41,692 nt of DNA from positions 1 through 41,692 of the forward strand of contig JAYUBV010000350.1 of assembly GCA_043740655.1 (NCBI GenBank), in the 5' to 3' direction. This DNA comes from Pseudomonadota bacterium. Its GTDB lineage: Bacteria > Bdellovibrionota > FAC87 > UBA2466. The notes under the pieces are model-generated. The model made no database searches and had not been told where the DNA came from. It saw nothing but the letters and a program-made list of their open reading frames with translations. The number at the start of each line of letters is the position of its first letter. The first letter of the stretch is position 1. Of this stretch, positions 23,879 to 32,684 are shown piece after piece. The translations under genes and the position numbers were made by a program.

Positions 23879-25240
23879 TTACATATTACATTTCTCGGAA
23901 GGAAATGGGTCGAGACCCTTTAAAACTAGATTAGTGTCCACCGTCTCGATCAGTCCACCGAACAGCTCGTCCTTGTAAGCTTCGACTAAGTTGGCCGAGA
24001 GAAACTGAGCAAAGAAGTTTTTGCCCGCGAACCCCAAGCCATCATCATCTTCGGAGGCTAGGATCGGAGCCAGGTCCTTCGCTTTGTATTTTTTCACCAG
24101 GCGTTGCAAGCGGCCGACGCCAGAGTTGTATGACGTAACCGCGGTTCCCCAGTCCGGGAGAAGGTTGCGGTAAATCTTCATCAGCTTAGTGGCCGCCGTA
24201 GTTTGCTTCAGCGGGTCCGCCCAGGCTTTGGTGTCGGTGCTTGATATCATCTGACGGGCCGTTTCCGGCATAAACTGCCACACGCCGACCGCGCCAACTT
24301 TAGAGGCCGCGCGAGGATTGAAGGAAGATTCTACGAAGGGGACGCGTCCCAGTGCGATGGGCAAGCCTTGCTTGCGGAACACCGATTCGATGTGCGGAAG
24401 TAGCTGCTTGGAACGGTGAAGGGCGGAGATGAATTCGTCGCTCTGTCCTGTCTGGGTCCGCAACATAGAGATTTTCTTTTCCAGCGCCACATTTTCTAGC
24501 AAACCCTTTTGGGAGAGGAAATCGCGCAAGCGCGCGGTTTCTGGTTTTAGCTGATCGGCAGTTTTGACGCTGGCCGCGAGCCGCATCTGATTCTTCAATT
24601 CCGTCATGATCGCTTTTTCGATGCGATAGGCTTTCGTCTCGGTGTCCGGGCCTGGACCGTCGATGCGATAAAGCGGACGCAGATCGATGAATCCGTAAAT
24701 GAGCGAAGGGTCCTGACGATCATGGACGACACGCGTGCGACTTCCAAAAACAGTGTGCACGAGCACCCAGAATTCCACGCGGCTCTTCAGATACGGAGGA
24801 ACGCGAAAATCGACTTCCACTCTCTGGCGGGGATCGCTAACGATCACTTTCGCCTTTTCCATCAAATCGAATTCCGGAGCATTCGGCTCTCCGGAAATTA
24901 CGGAGTGATTGGCTAGGTAGTAAGGTTTGAAGTACTTCCAGGGTTGGTCAGGAAGCTTTACCATCGTGTCGTTGGCGTCGAGGGCTTGCGAGATTAGCGG
25001 GGCGGTCGGCTTTGCCACCGCCGGCTCGGATAGTTTGGTCTTATCCGCCAGGCGCACTACGCTGGCTAACCCTGCCCCTAAGAAAACGATCACGGCGAGG
25101 CTGAACGGAGAATTCATTACCTCTTTCGCCATCGCGGGAAGGTGCCTTCTGAAATGGGGAAGCCGGCGCTGCCAAGATCTCAGTGCGCTTTTCCAGCGCT
25201 TTTTAAAAGGAACTTCCGATTTAGCCTTCTGCTTCCGCAT
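23879..25240 (-). CDS. Lytic murein transglycosylase (SLT family 1 domain at the C-terminus), membrane-anchored
   Basis: VPFVESSFNPRAASKVGAVGVWQFMPETAR (catalytic E-S, G-x-x-Q) and TSYNSGVGRL. A TM/signal segment FSLAVIVFLGAGLASV lies upstream. I prefer ATG 25240 (GAGG 6 nt upstream). Alternative starts are 25348, 25132 and 25117. Confidence 0.82.
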   Translation of the reverse strand: MRKQKAKSEVPFKKRWKSALRSWQRRLPHFRRHLPAMAKEVMNSPFSLAVIVFLGAGLASVVRLADKTKLSEPAVAKPTAPLISQALDANDTMVKLPDQPWKYFKPYYLANHSVISGEPNAPEFDLMEKAKVIVSDPRQRVEVDFRVPPYLKSRVEFWVLVHTVFGSRTRVVHDRQDPSLIYGFIDLRPLYRIDGPGPDTETKAYRIEKAIMTELKNQMRLAASVKTADQLKPETARLRDFLSQKGLLENVALEKKISMLRTQTGQSDEFISALHRSKQLLPHIESVFRKQGLPIALGRVPFVESSFNPRAASKVGAVGVWQFMPETARQMISSTDTKAWADPLKQTTAATKLMKIYRNLLPDWGTAVTSYNSGVGRLQRLVKKYKAKDLAPILASEDDDGLGFAGKNFFAQFLSANLVEAYKDELFGGLIETVDTNLVLKGLDPFPSEKCNM

Positions 25241-25392
25241 AACCCGCCTCAACTTGGAACGACAAAAATTGTCAGCTGTGTTCGATCCGTGGGCGATTCG
25301 GGCGCGCAATGGCCCGGGATACCAACGGTCTCTTGGGGTACTACGCAAGGTGTATGCCAGGAGAATTCGGCCTTGGCGGGTGTTTCGGGTGG

Positions 25393-26628
25393 TTAGCTCT
25401 TGGGGACGAACTCGTAGCGCCGAAGCTCGGCCATCGCGCGACGGTAGCCAACGGTAACCACATTTTGGAGCGTTTTCGGATTGAGCGTGAAGTGCTCGCC
25501 GAAGAACATCTCGCGGTCTTTGGGCTCCGGGTGGATGAAGATGTACTTCATCTTCTCTCGAAAATCTAAGCGCTCCTGTAATTTCAAGGCGAGCTCATCC
25601 ATGTCCTTTTCGGGATACTTCTTATTCTTGAAAAATTCGCGTACGGTTTCTAACGCTAAAACTTTGTTTTCGTGCGCTTTCTTGGAGCCATAAACCTTCT
25701 GCTCGATCGCTTGGTAGAGCGACTGAATCACCACCGCGGCCAAGCCATAGTGGTACAGCGAGCCGATCTCTTCTTTAAAGTGATAGGGCTGATGCGTGTA
25801 CGAGCAAATTAGCAGATCGCAGCCATTCTCCTTCGCCACGTGCGTGGATAAAGTCTCGCGGATTTCGCCATCGATGTAGAAACGTTTTTTGCCGCCGTCG
25901 TGCTCGATGAAGTATGGGGTGTAGACCACCGGCAATGACATCGAAGCCGCTACCGCATCGGAAATCGAGGCGTTCGAGGCGTACTGACTGTAATCATCGA
26001 AAATTTTCTCCGTGCCGTAGCGTCCAAAGATAATTTTGCGCGAATGATCTAGCTGCGTGCCCACGACGAAAAGGTCGGGAATCAGTTCATGGAACTTTTC
26101 GGTCGGCAGAACGTGGTTACGCATGTACTGCGCGAGCCCTTTGGTGGAGAATAAGCCGGGTAAACGGATATTTCTCAGCACCATCGATTCCAGGGTTTTT
26201 CCAAATACGGAGCTACGGCGAAAATTCTTGATAATATTGGACGGCTTGGGCCAGTCGATCGACAACATGTCGCGGTACGTGATGCGAGGAAGCTTTTTAA
26301 AAGATCCCGGAACCTGAAAAGTGTCGTCATCGGAAAACGAGTTGATGATCGATTCGATCTTCACGCCGGAAGCCAGCATCGCCACGATCATGGCGCCCGC
26401 GCTCGAACCTACGTACGTAGAAATTTCGTTGGGGTGGAAGACCGGACGCGGATAAGGAACTGCATCCTGGGGGGCCGGTTTCTCGGACTTACCGCCGACG
26501 AAGGAAAAGCCTTTGTCGCGCAGGGCGAGGCACACACCAATGTGGAAGGCGGCCGCTTTGCTCGCACCTCCGCTGCAGACAAGGCCGGTCTTACTGAATT
26601 CAACTCTTGTTCGGAATTTCGTTCTCAT
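25393..26628 (-). CDS. Patatin-like phospholipase
   Basis: GLVCSGGASKAAAFHIGV (oxyanion G-G-x-K/R), YVGSSAGAM (GxSxG nucleophile) and FYIDGEIRE (catalytic Asp). The ATG overlaps the murB 3' end by 29 nt. Confidence 0.85.
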   Translation of the reverse strand: MRTKFRTRVEFSKTGLVCSGGASKAAAFHIGVCLALRDKGFSFVGGKSEKPAPQDAVPYPRPVFHPNEISTYVGSSAGAMIVAMLASGVKIESIINSFSDDDTFQVPGSFKKLPRITYRDMLSIDWPKPSNIIKNFRRSSVFGKTLESMVLRNIRLPGLFSTKGLAQYMRNHVLPTEKFHELIPDLFVVGTQLDHSRKIIFGRYGTEKIFDDYSQYASNASISDAVAASMSLPVVYTPYFIEHDGGKKRFYIDGEIRETLSTHVAKENGCDLLICSYTHQPYHFKEEIGSLYHYGLAAVVIQSLYQAIEQKVYGSKKAHENKVLALETVREFFKNKKYPEKDMDELALKLQERLDFREKMKYIFIHPEPKDREMFFGEHFTLNPKTLQNVVTVGYRRAMAELRRYEFVPKS

Positions 26629-27565
26629 CAGGCTCGCCGAGGACGATCACTTCGCACTCGAGTGGAACTCCGAATTGCTCGAGCACCTTTGCCTTGATGA
26701 TACCGATTAGCGCCAGAATGTCACTCGCCTTAGCGTTACCCTTATTGAGCAGAAAATTGGCGTGCTTGATCGAAATTTCCGCGCCGCCCACGATCGTTCC
26801 CTTAAGCCCCGATTTTTCGATGAGCCGACCCGCCGAGTGGCCCTCGGGGTTTTTAAAGGTGGAGCCGCAGCTAGGAAAGTCGAGTGGTTGTTTCTCCGCG
26901 CGTTCCGCGATAATGCGATCGCGTTCTCGCCGAACGGCTTTCCCATCGCCCGTTTTCAGCGCGAATGTGGCGGACAGGACGAGCTGGTCCTCCACCGCCG
27001 TTTGGTGACGGTAGCCAAAGTGAGCATCCGCGCGGGTCACCGTGCGGGCTCCAGCGGTGAAATCAAATAGCCGCAGCTCTTTCAGAATGTCGGCGTAGCA
27101 ACCGTACTTCGTTCCCGCATTCATAAAAATGCCGCCACCGATCGTACCCGGAACGCCGGAGCTAAACTCGAGCCCCGTCAGGTTCTGGACAATTGACCAC
27201 TCCAGCAACACCGGTTTTTCCACGCCTCCCTCGGCCCTCACCCAAAACTCCTCGCCCTGCCACCCCAAGGGGTAAACTTCTTTGAACGCGGTAAACAGGG
27301 CCACGGTAATACCGCGAATGCCTTTGTCCCTCACGAGTAAATTAGTGCCGGTACCCACGATGGTAATGGGCAATCCGTGTTCCTTCGCGTTGGCGGAGAG
27401 CCAGGTCAGCTCGTCTTCGGTTTTGGGGAACACGAGAATGTCGGCGGGGCCGCCAATGCGGTAAGCCATCCAGGGCGCAAGAATCTCGTTGAAGCGGACA
27501 CGGTCTGCGAATCGCTGTAAGAACAATCGCTGGAGCGCCGGGTTAGAATAGCTTTTGGTAGACAT
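26600..27565 (-). CDS. murB: UDP-N-acetylenolpyruvoylglucosamine reductase
   Basis: YRIGGPADILVFP, VGTGTNLLVRD, GVPGTIGGGIFMNAGTKYG, CGSTFKNPEGHSAGRLIE and KHANFLLN. The likely start is ATG 27565 (MSTKSY), which overlaps murC by 23 nt. The track ORF extends to 27616. Confidence 0.92.
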   Translation of the reverse strand: MSTKSYSNPALQRLFLQRFADRVRFNEILAPWMAYRIGGPADILVFPKTEDELTWLSANAKEHGLPITIVGTGTNLLVRDKGIRGITVALFTAFKEVYPLGWQGEEFWVRAEGGVEKPVLLEWSIVQNLTGLEFSSGVPGTIGGGIFMNAGTKYGCYADILKELRLFDFTAGARTVTRADAHFGYRHQTAVEDQLVLSATFALKTGDGKAVRRERDRIIAERAEKQPLDFPSCGSTFKNPEGHSAGRLIEKSGLKGTIVGGAEISIKHANFLLNKGNAKASDILALIGIIKAKVLEQFGVPLECEVIVLGEPDENEIPNKS

Positions 27566-28901
27566 TGGGAAGGTCACCAGCCCCCAACGTGACGACGACG
27601 TCGCCGGAGACGCCATTGGAGAGCCATTCTTCCATGACGTCCAGAGGCCGCTTCACGTGACTGGCGCCCACGTGGCACTTCTGGGAAATGGAAAGTGCCA
27701 GCGTTTCGCCGGAGACTCCGTCGATTGGTTTCTCGCCCGCGGCGTAAATATCGGTCACCGCAACGTGATCGCACTGGGCGAAGCAGCTGCTGAATTCTTT
27801 AAAAAGATCGTTCACGCGCGAAAAACGGTGCGGCTGGAAGACGACGCGGATTTTACCCAAGGGGTAACGTTCTTTGACCGCGGCCAAGGTAGCGGAAATT
27901 TCGCTGGGGTGGTGCGCGTAGTCATCGATACAAACCACACCGTTGCGTTCGCCACGCTTTTGAAAACGACGCTGCACACCCGAGTAGGTATTCAGCGCGG
28001 CGAGAACCGCTTCGCGCGAAAGACCGATCTCTTCAGATACCGCTAACGCTGCCAAAGCGTTCAAAGCGTTGTGTCGCCCAGGAACCGGCAACTTCATCAG
28101 CGCTTCCTTGCCCTGGAATCGGAATCGCGTGAGCGAGCCTTCCGGAGTGGGCAGGTAACTCAAAATTTCATAGCTACTGCTCGGCGCGAAACCGTAGGTG
28201 ATGAGACGCCGAGTGCACTTCGTTATCAACCTCCGCAAGATGGGGTCGTCGGCACATACGATGCTGGCGCCGTAGAACGGAATCTTATTCATGAACTGGA
28301 GAAACGCCTTTTCCACGTTTTCCATGCTGCCGTAGTGGTCCAGGTGCTCGCGGTCCATGTTGGTGACGACGCCCACGCAATGCGCGAGCAGGTTGAAGGA
28401 GCCGTCACTCTCGTCGGCCTCCACCACCATGAAATTACCCTTACCCAGGCGCGCATTGGTGCCGCCGAAATTGTCCATGCGTCCGCCGACTACGATCGTC
28501 GGGTCGAGTTTCGCATTGGTCAGAATCCACGCAATCATCGAGGTGGTGGTCGTCTTACCGTGCGCTCCCGCGACGGCGATGCCGTGCTTAAGGCGCATTA
28601 GCTCCGCCAGCATTTCGGCCCGTGGAATGGTGGGCAGTTTTTTCTCTTTGGCCGCGATCATTTCCGGGTTGTCGGGGTTAATCGCCGACGAATAAACGAC
28701 GACGCTGGCGTCCCGAAGGTTGTCCCGGTGGTGCCCTTGCACTACCCGCACGCCCACCGCTTCAAGCCGCTTTACCGACTCCCCTCTTCCCAAGTCCGAG
28801 CCACTCACGTGGTAACCCAAGGAAACCAGCAGCTCGGCGATACCGCTCATGCCGATGCCGCCGATACCGATTAAATGAATATTTTCGATCTTCTTGTACA
28901 T
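27543..28901 (-). CDS. murC: UDP-N-acetylmuramate--L-alanine ligase
   Basis: IHLIGIGGIGMSGIAELL, VAGAHGKTTTTSM, DESDGSF and DDYAHHP motifs. Confidence 0.96.
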   Translation of the reverse strand: MYKKIENIHLIGIGGIGMSGIAELLVSLGYHVSGSDLGRGESVKRLEAVGVRVVQGHHRDNLRDASVVVYSSAINPDNPEMIAAKEKKLPTIPRAEMLAELMRLKHGIAVAGAHGKTTTTSMIAWILTNAKLDPTIVVGGRMDNFGGTNARLGKGNFMVVEADESDGSFNLLAHCVGVVTNMDREHLDHYGSMENVEKAFLQFMNKIPFYGASIVCADDPILRRLITKCTRRLITYGFAPSSSYEILSYLPTPEGSLTRFRFQGKEALMKLPVPGRHNALNALAALAVSEEIGLSREAVLAALNTYSGVQRRFQKRGERNGVVCIDDYAHHPSEISATLAAVKERYPLGKIRVVFQPHRFSRVNDLFKEFSSCFAQCDHVAVTDIYAAGEKPIDGVSGETLALSISQKCHVGASHVKRPLDVMEEWLSNGVSGDVVVTLGAGDLPNVYQKLF

Positions 28902-28930
28902 GAGGGGTCTTAACCTAAAGACGTCACGCC

Positions 28931-30019
28931 TTAGGGGTTCGTGCCTAGCTCCTGGAATAAAGAGTCCAGGATGCTACCAAGGGCGTTGGATCGGGGCAAT
29001 GCCGAATAGGACTGCGACATTCTGTTGAGATTACTGGTGGTTAGGCAGGAAAAGAGAGTGTCGTCCATTCTCTTTTCAAAATTATCCCCCTGCTCCACAA
29101 CTCGGGCGGCCCCGACCTTCTCCAGGAACTTGGCGTTATCCACCTGATCGTTCTGCCCTTTGCGCGGAAAGGGGACGAAGATGGCGGGGCGTTGAACCCA
29201 CATGAGCTCGGAGACCGTCAACGCTCCGGCCCGGCAAATCACCAGCGACGCCTTCTCGTACTCCGTCCGCACGTCGTTCAAAAATGGAAATACTTTGGCC
29301 CGTTCACCCAGCGATTTGGCGTGAGCTTCGGTAACCGAGGCGAGATCTCTTTCGCCCGTCTGGTGGGTTAGCGTGAGGTTCGGAAATTTCTCGGCAAGCT
29401 TGGGGCCTAGAGTTGCTATCGCCTGGTTGATGGCGCGGGCGCCCTGGCTGCCGCCCATGACTAGAACATGAATCCTTTCCGCGGACACCGGCTTCATCGG
29501 TTGATCGTAAAAAACGGATCGCAACGGGTTACCGGTGACTAGGCACTTGGTGGAGTCAAAATATTTTTCGGCCTGCGAGAAACCCAAGAAGATCTTGCGG
29601 GCGAGCTTGCCCAAGAAACGGTTCGCTATGCCTACGCTACAATTTTGTTCCTGCAGAAATAGGGGCACGCGGAGTAAAAACGCCGCAATGCTAACCGGAA
29701 CGGAAACATAACCGCCGACGCCGACGACCGCGACCGGCTTTTCTTTTCGTAGCAGCGAGATGGCTTCGAAGATGGAGAGAAAAACGCGAATCAACGAGGT
29801 GGCCGTTTTAAGTAGCCCCTGATTCTTTACCGCACCCGATTTGAGGGTGACGAGGCGGAAGCCCGCCGGCGGAACTAACTTCGTTTCCATTCCCGTAGGG
29901 CTACCGACGTACAGGACGTCGCAGCCTTTTTTACGAAGGGCATCGGCAATTGCCAGCGCCGGAAAGACGTGGCCGCCGGTACCGCCGCCGGTAAGAATTA
30001 CTTTCTTGGAGTGATTCAT
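28931..30019 (-). CDS. murG: Undecaprenyldiphospho-muramoylpentapeptide beta-N-acetylglucosaminyltransferase
   Basis: LTGGGTGGHVFPALAIADAL, VMGGSQGA and ICRAGALTVSEL. The start forms an ATGA overlap with the ftsW stop. Confidence 0.95.
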   Translation of the reverse strand: MNHSKKVILTGGGTGGHVFPALAIADALRKKGCDVLYVGSPTGMETKLVPPAGFRLVTLKSGAVKNQGLLKTATSLIRVFLSIFEAISLLRKEKPVAVVGVGGYVSVPVSIAAFLLRVPLFLQEQNCSVGIANRFLGKLARKIFLGFSQAEKYFDSTKCLVTGNPLRSVFYDQPMKPVSAERIHVLVMGGSQGARAINQAIATLGPKLAEKFPNLTLTHQTGERDLASVTEAHAKSLGERAKVFPFLNDVRTEYEKASLVICRAGALTVSELMWVQRPAIFVPFPRKGQNDQVDNAKFLEKVGAARVVEQGDNFEKRMDDTLFSCLTTSNLNRMSQSYSALPRSNALGSILDSLFQELGTNP

Positions 30020-31143
30020 GTTGCCGGTTGAGTATGAACTTTTCGTTCACCGCGGTAAACGCCCCAGAGGATTCCGACGGTGAGCAGATTCACGATGAGT
30101 CCCGAGCGGCCCCACGAAAGAAATGGTAGCGGTAAACCTTTCATCGGCACGAGCCCCACGACGCCGCCTAAATTGATGACGATCTGAAGCATCAGCGTCA
30201 AGGATAGACCGGTGGCCAAGAATCCGCCGAAGCGGCTATGGCATGAGCGCACCAAGCGGAACAATAGGTAACCCAGGAATCCAAAAAGGCTCAGCAGAGT
30301 GAAGGTGCCCAGGAATCCCAACTCTTCTCCGACCAGGGCAAAGATAAAGTCTGTGTGCACCTCGGGCAGAAAGAACAGCTTTCCGTTGCCATTCCCAAGA
30401 CCCGCGCCCGACCATCGCCCCGAATGAAACGCTAGAAACGACTGAATGGTCTGAAAGCCTACGCCCTGGGGATCGGACCACGGATCTAGAAACGCCATGA
30501 GGCGCCGTCTACGGTAGTCCGATGACAAAATACCCAGCAGGAAGAAGCCAAACCCCACCGTGAAAAGCCCGATGAAGTAGGACAGCGCCATGCCGCCCAC
30601 GAACAACAGCGAAAGGATGACCACGGTTAAAAGTGCGGTCGTTCCCAAGTCCGATTGGCGGAAGATGAGTACTAGCAGCACGACGAGCGGGAAGGCGCGC
30701 CAACTGGCGCGCACGGGGGTCAGTGGTTTGATCTGGGGCTGGGAAAGCAGCCGCGCGACGTAAAGACTGACCACAATCTTAGCGAGCTCGCTGGGCTGAA
30801 AGGCAATGGGCCCCAGGTGCAGCCAGCGGGTCGCCCCCTGGGCGCTGTGGCCAAGTGGAGAGAACAAAGTAGCGCCGACCAGTACGATTTCGGCGAAGAG
30901 AAGCCAGGGGGCGACTGTGTACCAACGTTGGTGGGGGAACCGGGAGACCAGGTACATCAGGCAGAGCCCGACGATACCGGCCAACCCTTGCTGGTATGCG
31001 TAGTAGAGGCTGGTACCGTATTTCTGACTGCTCATCACGCCGGTGGCGCTGTAGAGGACAAGCATCCCCGTCGCGAAAAGAAACAGGACCGTGCCCACCA
31101 TGCTCAGGCTGATGAAGTCCCAGGATTTTCTGGTGTCTATCAT
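30016..31143 (-). CDS. ftsW: SEDS-family peptidoglycan polymerase FtsW (FtsW/RodA/SpoVE)
   Basis: A multi-TM protein with FQPSELAKI, HTDFIFA and GLPLPFLSWGRS blocks, sitting upstream of murG as in dcw clusters. The start is uncertain: ATG 31143 lies 1 nt after a terminator U-tract, and ATG 31101 is the alternative. Confidence 0.88.
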   Translation of the reverse strand: MIDTRKSWDFISLSMVGTVLFLFATGMLVLYSATGVMSSQKYGTSLYYAYQQGLAGIVGLCLMYLVSRFPHQRWYTVAPWLLFAEIVLVGATLFSPLGHSAQGATRWLHLGPIAFQPSELAKIVVSLYVARLLSQPQIKPLTPVRASWRAFPLVVLLVLIFRQSDLGTTALLTVVILSLLFVGGMALSYFIGLFTVGFGFFLLGILSSDYRRRRLMAFLDPWSDPQGVGFQTIQSFLAFHSGRWSGAGLGNGNGKLFFLPEVHTDFIFALVGEELGFLGTFTLLSLFGFLGYLLFRLVRSCHSRFGGFLATGLSLTLMLQIVINLGGVVGLVPMKGLPLPFLSWGRSGLIVNLLTVGILWGVYRGERKVHTQPAT

Positions 31144-31144
31144 G

Positions 31145-31177
31145 AAAAAAGGGGTACGGGCGGATGCCCAGTACCCC
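31145..31177 (-). terminator. Strong rho-independent terminator between the sigma54 response regulator gene and ftsW
   Basis: The minus strand reads GGGGTAC-T-GGGC-ATCC-GCCC-GTACCCC followed by TTTTTT. The next nucleotides are C then ATG, the annotated ftsW start. Confidence 0.8.
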
Positions 31178-31206
31178 TTATGATATCAAATACGGAAAGG
31201 GACGTC

Positions 31207-32667
31207 TTACTCTCGGTAATCTTCGGCTTTGATGCTGTACTTCTGCAGCTTTCTCAATAGCGTCTTCTTGGGAATGTTAGCGTGTAGTGCGGTCTGGTTG
31301 ATGCGGCCTCGGAACGTCTTTAGTGCCTTAATGATGAAGTCTTTTTCGAATTGCTCCTTGTGGCTCTTGTAGTCCAGCGTTCCCCCGCCCGGTACGGCCG
31401 GTGCGATGATGACATCTCCGCCGACTTCCGCATCTGCCGCCGAGAACGTATCCGGGCTCGACAAAGAAGCCTGGGTCTCCATCTCGTGAGAGTCCTTGAT
31501 GTGCGGGCGCATGTAACCCGGCATCGATGAGACCGAAATCTGATCCGTGGCTTCGATGACGAACGAATGCTCGATCACATTTTCCAGCTCGCGGATGTTA
31601 CCCGGCCATTGGTGCTTCAAAAGAGTTTCCATTGCTAGCGGAGCTACTCCGGTCACCTGTTTCTGGTGCACGCGGTTGAACTTCGCCACGAAAAAGCGAA
31701 CCAGACGCTCGATGTCATCTTTACGTTGACGCAAAGGCGGCAAGAAAATGGGGATCACATTCAGGCGGTAGAACAGATCTTCGCGAAACGTTCCTTTTTG
31801 GATCGCTTCTTCCAAATTGCGATTCGTGGCCGCGATGATGCGTACATTCATGTCGATTTCGCGGTTCGAACCCACCGGCGTAAATTTACGTTCTTGCAGA
31901 ACGCGTAGCAGTTTTACCTGCATCGCCATAGAGAGGTCGCCGATTTCGTCGAGGAAGATTGTGCCGCCATCGGCGTACTGAAACCGTCCAATTTGGCGCT
32001 GATCCGCTCCCGTGAATGCACCCTTTTCGTGACCAAACAGTTCGCTTTCGAACAACGTCTCCGCGATAGAGCTACAGTTGATGGCGACGAGCTTGTGATC
32101 CTTACGGGCCGAGTTGAAATGGATAGCGCGGGCGACGAGCTCTTTTCCCGTTCCGCTTTCGCCGCGGATGAGCACCGAAGTCTCGACCTTCGCCAGCTTG
32201 TGAATGATCGAGAAAATCTTACGCATCTCGTTCGAAGCGCCGACGAATTCGCCATTCTCGATTTTCACGATGGGCGCGGAGAATGCCATGTTCTCGACCA
32301 TCTCCTGTGCGTCCAAAGCGCGACCGACCATCTCGACTAACGCGGACTGTTTCACCGGCTTAGCGAGGTAGTTATACGCGCCGTCTTTCACCGCTTTAAC
32401 CGCGTCTTCGATGTTCGAATACGCCGTCATCAGGATGACCAGAATCGACGGGTCGAGTTCCTTGATCTTCTTCAAGGCCTCCAAACCGCTCATGCGTGGC
32501 ATGTTCACGTCCATCACCACGAGGTCAGCGCGGCCTTGGTTGAGAGCCTCCATGGCTTCCACACCGTCATTAGCGGTGCGAACGGCGAAGCCGTTCTCTT
32601 TGAGGACCTCCGAAAGATTAGACCTCAACTCCGGTTCATCTTCCACTATCAGCACTTGTCGGCGCAT
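31207..32667 (-). CDS. Sigma-54-dependent response regulator (NtrC family: REC + AAA+ + Fis-type HTH)
   Basis: REC domain (VLIVEDE...DLVVMDVNMP), Walker A (GESGTGKELVARAIH), GAFTGA loop (ESELFGHEKGAFTGA), WPGNIRELEN, and a C-terminal HTH (NQTALHANIPKKTLLRKLQKY). Confidence 0.95.
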   Translation of the reverse strand: MRRQVLIVEDEPELRSNLSEVLKENGFAVRTANDGVEAMEALNQGRADLVVMDVNMPRMSGLEALKKIKELDPSILVILMTAYSNIEDAVKAVKDGAYNYLAKPVKQSALVEMVGRALDAQEMVENMAFSAPIVKIENGEFVGASNEMRKIFSIIHKLAKVETSVLIRGESGTGKELVARAIHFNSARKDHKLVAINCSSIAETLFESELFGHEKGAFTGADQRQIGRFQYADGGTIFLDEIGDLSMAMQVKLLRVLQERKFTPVGSNREIDMNVRIIAATNRNLEEAIQKGTFREDLFYRLNVIPIFLPPLRQRKDDIERLVRFFVAKFNRVHQKQVTGVAPLAMETLLKHQWPGNIRELENVIEHSFVIEATDQISVSSMPGYMRPHIKDSHEMETQASLSSPDTFSAADAEVGGDVIIAPAVPGGGTLDYKSHKEQFEKDFIIKALKTFRGRINQTALHANIPKKTLLRKLQKYSIKAEDYRE

Positions 32668-32684
32668 GGTTACTTTCTCCTATT

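Noticed and set aside
25393-26628. The patatin-like phospholipase read as a CBASS (CapV-like) or other abortive-infection effector.
   Set aside because: No CD-NTase, cyclase, SMODS, TIR or STING-like gene is adjacent. The flanking genes are murB and a lytic transglycosylase, so the context is cell-envelope rather than defence.
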